In this document: positions 57,223 to 64,000 of the stretch, one piece after another
How positions within the stretch are numbered: position 1 is the first letter of the stretch
Layout of the letters: each line of letters opens with the position of its first letter
Origin: Lingula anatina
Lineage: Eukaryota > Animalia > Brachiopoda
Direction: 5' to 3'
Length of the DNA stretch: 64,000 nucleotides
Assembly: GCA_051362555.1 (NCBI GenBank)
Contig: CM120645.1
Coordinates: 24,022,934-24,086,933 of the forward strand
Notes under the pieces: generated by a model
The model's input: the letters and a program-made list of their open reading frames with translations, nothing else
Told to the model about the DNA's origin: nothing
Database searches by the model: none
Program-made: the position numbers and the translations under genes

Positions 57223-60200
57223 ATAATTTAACAGATTAATTGAAGGATACATTTTAACTAATTCAACCATTCTAAATTTTGCGTCCCCTGATTTGATTAT
57301 AGATTTATTTTTTTCATTTAAGTCGATCAAGCTGAACACCACATTGAGCTCAGTGGCTCCCCCTGCCAGTTAACAATACAACCAAAGGGTGTGGTTTACG
57401 CTCTGAACTGTGCAGGACCTTCCTACCAGGCCATCAATGACGTCGTCTATGCCTCGGAGTTCTCCCGCTTTGCTAACTTCTCTTATGATTATGTTTTTGG
57501 TAAGTAGGCTGTTTGATCATTGAATCATAGGGCGCATTCCCATAGATTTTAGATCAATCTATCCCCGTGGGGAGTCTCACTAGATTACTGTCAGATAATC
57601 TGGCTTAAATGTCCGTCCCGCGTACTACAAGCTGTAAGGTGGTAATTAACTTTCGTGCCCGCTCGGCTGACAGCTATTTAGCGTGATCCCCCAGGGAGTT
57701 AGGTTGATCTAGTTGGCTTGATCTAATCTCTGGGAATGGGGTCTTAGAGAGCATCAAAGAGATGACATTAATTCCTAGATAGCAGTATAAAGATTTTTAT
57801 ACTAAGATTATGTTAACTGTGCTAATTGTTTATGATTTTTTTGTGTAGTATAATGTGACTTTGTTACCAGTAATGGGAAATTTCAAAAGATTGATACAAA
57901 TGTTATTGAGATTCCCCTCTGAATAAAAGAAAAAAGAGTCCATGTATATTAAATGATATCAGAATATACACTGGGGTAGCGCTAGCAATTTTTTTCGCTA
58001 AGCCATATATCACCACATTTTTGTCAATTTGTCAATTTGAATGGTTATTATTTGGCTAAAACATGTCAAATCAAGCCCTTTTTCTTAAGCCAATTTCAGT
58101 CAGTTTTAGCATTTGGCTAAATTGACGAGTATTAGCGCTACCCCAGATACAGAATGATGCTTGCAGTCCTGCTGTGTGCTGTTTTCCAGGAACGAGATCA
58201 AGAGCTTTGGGCAAAGGTGAGCCAATCACCACTTTCCCTGAGTTGCTGGCGGGAGGACACGACGGGTTTATGTTTGGAACTGTGCGCTTCTCTGGAACAG
58301 AGGCTAAGGATGAAAATCATATTGTTTATGATGTAAGTGGAGTAAATTGTGGAGTGAATTGATGTCTAAATCACAATTGTAACATGAGAAGAATGGCTTT
58401 GAGCATTTAGAAGACAGAAAAACTGTTTGTAAAATAAATATTTGCTACAAATACACCAAAGAAGCAATTAATTCCCTTTTACTTGTGTTGTTGCTAGGTG
58501 CCAGAGATTCCCAGTGGTAACTACACTGTACGTCTTCACTGTCACGCTAAAAGTAAAATTGTGTCCATCAGCGGCAGCAGCCTCAGTGACAAGGTAAGAG
58601 ATTGGTGGATCCCCTGTAATACTGGCTACTGCAGTTACTTGTCAAGTGATTATTAGATTTGATCTCAGACTAGTTTTTGAAAGGAGCCAGTCGGATCAGA
58701 ATAGTGGAAATTTAGCGGTTGCTTTAGACTGTGTTTCCTTTGTCCATAGTGTCCATAGATTTCAGCTTTAGAGCTGAAAATTTTGATTCAGAGTCTGTGT
58801 GACCAGTAGTGAGAAACCTTAAAGAATAATAATACTAATAACACTGAAATGATACTGCAATACTCAAACAAAGAAAGTTCTTTTCAGTTTGCGTCAGAGT
58901 TCAAGAAGAAGAAAGAGGTACTGCCCGGCCTGACTATGCACACACTAGACCTTCCTGTTAAAGTGGACACCTTCAAACTGGACATTGATGATGGATGCCT
59001 GTCAGGGTTTGCAGTGCTAGACAAAACTTACAAGGAGAAGGAAATGAGTGCAGTAGAAAAGGAAGAAGAGAAGGCGGAGAAACAAATGGTAGACCTTAGA
59101 TTATGTAGATTATTTAACCAGTGTGGAAAGTATCCTTAGCTTTTAGCTTTTTTTTTGGTTGTAAGTCAAGTAAGGGTTTAGATAACAAGGGCTAAGACAG
59201 CAATAATGATGATTTGAATTATGCTACAAAATGTACCTATTTAATAACTTGTTGGCACATGTAAAGCATAAGATTAAAAGTTTGTTGTTTCTGCACTATT
59301 GTTATAAAAATGTATAATTTAGATCAGCCACTGCTTAAATTGCACTGTGTTTACAGTTGATTGACACTGTGGAGCCCCTGAGCAGAAGCATGAGTAAGAA
59401 GGTGTTGTCCATCGTAGGCTGGTCTCAGAACTTACTGCAGAATGCCAGCGGAGAGGTACTGGAGGGCTACATTTAATATAACATTTAAAAATGCCTCCTG
59501 ATACTTGGTAAAAGTTGTAATAAAATCTTGAAGTAATTTTTCATAGGAAGAGGTTATGAAGTGATTTTGATATATCATTGTTAAAAATGAAGCAAAATAC
59601 ACCATCTGACATTTATGTAATTGCTGAAGTGCTAATTAAAGCTTGTCAGAATTTGAGGGGTCTTCATTCACTGGTTACACTGATTGTGTATTAAAGGCTA
59701 GAGACCTGTCTCGCTGGAGCCTGGCAGGTCTTAATTCACTGATAATATAATTGCTTATTAAAGGCTGGAGATATGTCTCACTGGCGCCTGGCAGGTCTTA
59801 ATTCACTGATAATATAATTGCTTATTAAAGGCTGGAGATATGTCTCACTGGAACCTGTCAGGTCTTAATTCACTGATAATATAATTGCTTATTAAAGGCT
59901 GGAGATATGTCTCACTGGAGCCTGGCAGGTCTTAATTCACTGATAATATAATTGTTTATTAAAGGCTGGAGATATGTCTCACTGGAGCCTGGCAGGTCTT
60001 AATTCACTGATAATATAATTGTTTATTAAAGGCTGGAGATATGTCTCACTGGAACCTGTCAGGTCTTAATTCCATGATAATATAATTGTTTATTAAAGGC
60101 TGGAGATATGTCTCACTGGAACCTGGCAGGTCTTAATTCACTGATAATATAATTGTTTATTAAAGGCTGGAGATATGTCTCACTGGAACCTGTCAGGTCT

Positions 60201-63200
60201 TAATTCCATGATAATATAATTGTTTATTAAAGGCTGGAGATATGTCTCACTGGAACCTGGCAGGTCTTAATTCACTGATAATATAATTGTTTATTAAAGG
60301 CTGGAGATATGTCTCACTGGAGCCTGGCAGGTCTTTATTCACTGATAATATAATTGTTTATTAAAGGCTGGAGATATGTCTCACTGGAGCCTGGCAGGTC
60401 TTAATTCACTGATAATATAATTGTTTATTAAAGGCTGGAGATATGTCTCACTGGAACCTGAGAGGGCAGTGGAAGGTGATAGATGGAGGCTACGGCACGG
60501 AGAAAGCCTTCGTCACCTCCCACATGGAGTGTACTAAGTACCAGGAAGTGCTGCTTACAGACTACTTCCCTGCAGAATACCTGGATACTGCTCCTGATAT
60601 ACAGGTAACTTAGACTACCTGGACACTGCTCCTGATATACAGGTAACTTAGACTACCTGGACACTGCTCCTGATATACAGGTAACTTAGACTACCTGGAC
60701 ACTGCTCCTGATATACAGGTAACTTAGACTACCTGGACACTGCTCCTGATATACAGGTAACTTAGACTACCTGGACACTGCTCCTGATATACAGGTAACT
60801 TAGACTACCTGGACACTGCTCCTGATATACAGGTAACTTAGACTACCTGGACACTGCTCCTGATATACAGGTAACTTAGACTACCTGGACACTGCTCCTG
60901 ATATACAGGTAACTTAGAGATAGAATACCTGGACACTGCTCCTGATATACAGGTAACTTAGAGATAGAATACCTGGACACTGCTCCTGATATACAGGTAA
61001 CTTAGACTACCTGGACACTGCTCCTGATATACAGGTAACTTAGAGATAGGGACAGCAAGAAAAACAACAACAACAACAACAACATATATTTAACCAAGTC
61101 TTCTTCAGGGAATAACTGCACTGTGTATTCTATTTCTCATTTTATCAATTATTATTTTATTCCTCTAAATATTGGCTTAATTCAAATAAACTAACATCAG
61201 TTAAAGATGGTAGCACCTGTATATATATATGTGTGTGTGTGTGTATAATAAATACAATCAATTATTGGCTGTTTTCAGGTGTCAGAGTGGTACAGAGAGG
61301 GAACAGTTGGTGGAGGACATTATTGTTTGACAGCCTGTCTCATGGATGATGATGGAAATGTAAGTTTACTTTATCTATTAGATCTGCATTAGCACTGCTT
61401 ACATAAATGAATGAACTGAAATAGTTCAAAGTGATATGTACATGTATTATTATAATAATTATAATTATTTGATTATTATAAATTATTATTATATTTGCCC
61501 CACCCACCCCGATGAAAATGTAATTGACATGACTTGTATTTTTTACAATTAAATTGTAGAAAATTGCTGTCATAACCTATATAGACATTGTTATTATTGT
61601 TCATTTTTTAAAAATTTAACCCCCCCTCCCAACACCACCTGATCAAATGTATAACTTATTCAACTTTTGTGGTTGTAGGAGATAGCATCATTTACCACTG
61701 GGAAGACAGACAGGATATACAGGGACTACAAATGGACCGAGGCTGCCACCACATTCACTAACTATGGACCGGGTGTGCGTCGAGTGGGAATCACCTCCAT
61801 GGGTAAAGATGACAAGTACTGGGCGGGGTTCTACGGAGCCATCATATCAGCCGCTGTGATACGCGTGCAGAGAGAGGCTATCGCAGCTGAAAATGACGCC
61901 TATGAGGAAGCCAGCCAGGTGGGGAATGTTGTTATAGTTAAAAAGTTAAAAAGTTTTCATTTGTGATAGATGCACATTAGATTTACCTGTTGACTGTTTC
62001 ACCTGAACAGGTAATTCAGCTGCGGAGTCTGTCAGAGTGAACAGACGAAACTATCAACAACTGAGATCCAGTGAAACTATTTTGAGAGTCATTGCAGTAA
62101 TTTTGAAATGATTCTTGCATATTTTGTTTTAATGAGTATAGAGACAATGTGGCTGTCCACATAGTCCATGTGATATGTCAATTGAAAGCATGTGCATGTA
62201 CGCACACAGGCACACACACATACGATATTATTGTTTTGCAGGTGAAGAAGTTGTCAGAAGCTGGCAAGGATGGCACCATAGAAATATTCCAGCAAAGAGA
62301 AAAGCTGATCAACAAAGTCGTAGCAGACAAACAGGATCTCCTGGCGGATCTCATGGAAGATAATGGTACAAGTTTGTTTTGGTTGATGATAAAGAGCATT
62401 CATCTTATGAATACATGTTAAAGTAGATATCTAGAGTTTGGTTGAATATATAGAAGATTCAGCCTATTAATACATGTTAAAGTACATATTTTGTAAAGTA
62501 AAGGTCCCTTGGTGATAAGAAGGATTTTGCTGTTCTCAAATGCTACAGAAACTGTCAATATTCTGGTGTTACTGGCCAGGTACTCATGTTTTGTGTTACA
62601 AGCAATAATTTGCCTTTATTTGGCCCAGTAATGAGTCACAAATAGTCAAATAAACAAGATTTTTTCGTATAAACATTATTCAGTGGTACCAGAAGTTGAC
62701 AAGTCCTTCCAGAAACAGACAGAGGTCGCCACCTTCAAGCCTCAAGTGGAAAGAAAAAAGAAAAAGAAGAGAGAAATCCGATTCTTTGTCTCCAGCACTT
62801 TCAGAGACTTCAAAATGGAAAGGGAGGAGTTGATTAAGAAAATATTTAGAGAGGTGGGTGAAGTCACTTAAAAAAAATTTACTTACATGTCTTTTTGATT
62901 TTTTTTTACATAGTGCAGTGAATTATAGTTTTGCTAATTACGTTTTCTTAAAAAGAGCAATAACATATACTGGAATTCACATATACTGAGTAATTAAGTC
63001 ATCAAAACCTGAGTACATGTACTCAAAATTACTATGACAAAATCCTTAGCAAATTTGGTTAAAATTAGTAGTCAGAAGACATGTAGTATTTTTTTGCTGG
63101 AACTGTTATGATATTTATTTTTATATATTTCAGATCAACCGGGTCTGTGCTGACAGAGGGGTACAGTTTACCTATGTTATAATATTTATTCTAGTAGAGG

Positions 63201-63870
63201 CTTGTGATATCTATTTCTATACCTGTATATTTCAGATCAACCGTGTCTGCGCTGACAGAGGGGTACAGTTCACCTATGTGGACCTGAGGTGGGGCATCAC
63301 AGAACAACAGTCAGAGACTGGGGAAACCATTGCTATCTGCCTGAATGAGGTAACATGCTAGATGTAGTATTAATCTGTTGATTAAGTTTTACTGACAACT
63401 GCAGAGTCATTGTACAAAATGTGAAGGCTTGTAGCCAGCAATTTGAAATGGGTGGTTCTTTTTCTGAAAAAGTGGACTTTTCACAATGAAACCTTTGCGC
63501 CCTTAGATAAAATTTTAACCAGATGGGACCTTTTCCCGGCAAAAAAGAGGTTCTTTCAAACCCTGCGAACCCTCCCCCCCCCCCCCCCCTTGGGTGTTGA
63601 AAAAATGATCAAAGTTAAACTCATTTCCTTGCAGAAAGAGAAGTAATCCAGTGCCAAATTAATTACACAATTCCTTGTTTTTCTTTCTTCTCCTAGATTG
63701 ACAAGTGTCGTCCCTATTTCATGTGTATGCTGGGAGAGAGGTTTGGGTGGTCACAGAAGGAAGAAAAACCTGACGCTGCTCTGGACAAGAGTTTTGATTA
63801 CGCCATAGAGAAGTACCCTGCTAACATGGCCTGGATCAAAGATTTCAGATTTGACACCAGTGTCACTCAG
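54993..63870 (+). CDS. Large multidomain protein, 5' part (at least 1078 aa): MGCGSSK acylation motif, 3 unknown repeats, Ig-like, malectin-like, FBA lectin, DUF4062; probably continues into NACHT and TPR/WD repeats (TEP1/NPHP3/TTC41-like)
   Basis: Exons 54993-55055, 55453-55573, 55913-57172, 57323-57499, 58190-58332, 58498-58593, 58888-59088, 59357-59455, 60434-60604, 61279-61359, 61679-61918, 62242-62365, 62684-62853, 63236-63349 and 63697-63870 join in one frame. Motifs: VVYALNCAG...YDVPEIPSGNYTVRLH (malectin-like); NLLQNASGE...FVTS...LDTAPDIQVSEWY...TFTNYGPGVR...GKDDKYWAGFYG (FBA); IRFFVSSTFRDFKMERE...VDLRWGI...CLNEIDKCRPYFMCMLGERFGW (DUF4062). Confidence 0.85.
55061..55105. repeat. (ATT)n microsatellite
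   Basis: Seen directly in the sequence. Confidence 0.95.
57530..57743 (+). mobile_element. MITE family A, copy 3
   Basis: Near-identical to 11175-11389. Confidence 0.85.
57971..58146. mobile_element. MITE family D (5-bp TSD)
   Basis: Perfect 14-bp TIR CTGGGGTAGCGCTA/TAGCGCTACCCCAG flanked by ataca/ataca. Confidence 0.85.
59659..60460 (+). repeat. 67-bp x12 minisatellite spanning the acceptor of FBA exon 60434-60604
   Basis: AAG|GCT(G/A)GAGA recurs every 67 bp from 59694 to 60431; the last copy is the real acceptor. Confidence 0.97.
60577..61048 (+). repeat. 38/44-bp x12 minisatellite spanning the donor of the same FBA exon
   Basis: ACAG|GTAACTTAGA at 60601, 60639, 60677, 60715, 60753, 60791, 60829, 60867, 60905, 60949, 60993 and 61031. 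Confidence 0.97.
63120..63279 (+). repeat. 102-bp-period duplicate of a DUF4062 exon acceptor and 5' end
   Basis: tatatttcag|ATCAACCG at 63134 and at 63236. Confidence 0.92.
63424..63590 (-). mobile_element. MITE family C, partial inverted copy
   Basis: Its reverse complement aligns with about 54505-54683 (poly-G, tttttgcc.ggaaaaggt, caaaggtttca, ttgctggctaca.gcct). Confidence 0.7.
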
Positions 63871-64000
63871 GTGATTACATCATGATTCAAATGATACCAC
63901 ACACAAGTGGTAGACTAGGCAGACTGATGCATTGAATTAAGTTTGAAACTATAGTAATGAATAAGGAGAATTTGTAAAACTGTGCAAAGTAGAGAGCCGT

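Noticed and set aside
59659-61048. CRISPR-like appearance of the regular repeat arrays (also 37610-38201 and 14173-14412)
   Set aside because: The units are contiguous with no unique spacers, there are no cas genes, and the context is eukaryotic introns.
62011-62040. Possible alternative terminal exon (VIQLRSLSE-stop) truncating the protein after FBA
   Set aside because: Only a cag acceptor and a short frame support it; not supportable without transcripts.

Overview
This is AT-rich, intron-rich animal genomic DNA; a lophotrochozoan (mollusc-like) origin is a guess from gene content. Five spliced genes were reconstructed by hand from GT-AG junctions with consistent intron phases. (1) The 5' part of MAGI on the - strand, running off the left edge. 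(2) A complete 33-exon WASHC4/SWIP on the - strand (about 1199 aa) with a C-terminal polyproline tail. (3) A divergent PRD-class Q50 homeobox gene with an octapeptide/eh1 motif on the + strand. (4) A serine beta-lactamase/PBP-fold hydrolase fused to five BTRD1-like repeats on the - strand. (5) Head-to-head with it on the + strand, a large gene running off the right edge: MGCGSSK acylation motif, 3 unknown repeats, Ig-like, malectin-like, FBA lectin, DUF4062. Several MITE families, a LINE remnant and microsatellites are also present. The most striking unexplained pattern is that at least 10 exon-intron junctions in two genes are tandemly copied into the adjacent intron (2 to 12 copies), producing arrays of decoy splice sites. 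One exon is flanked by 12 acceptors and 12 donors. Domain calls rest on motif recognition only; no database search was run.
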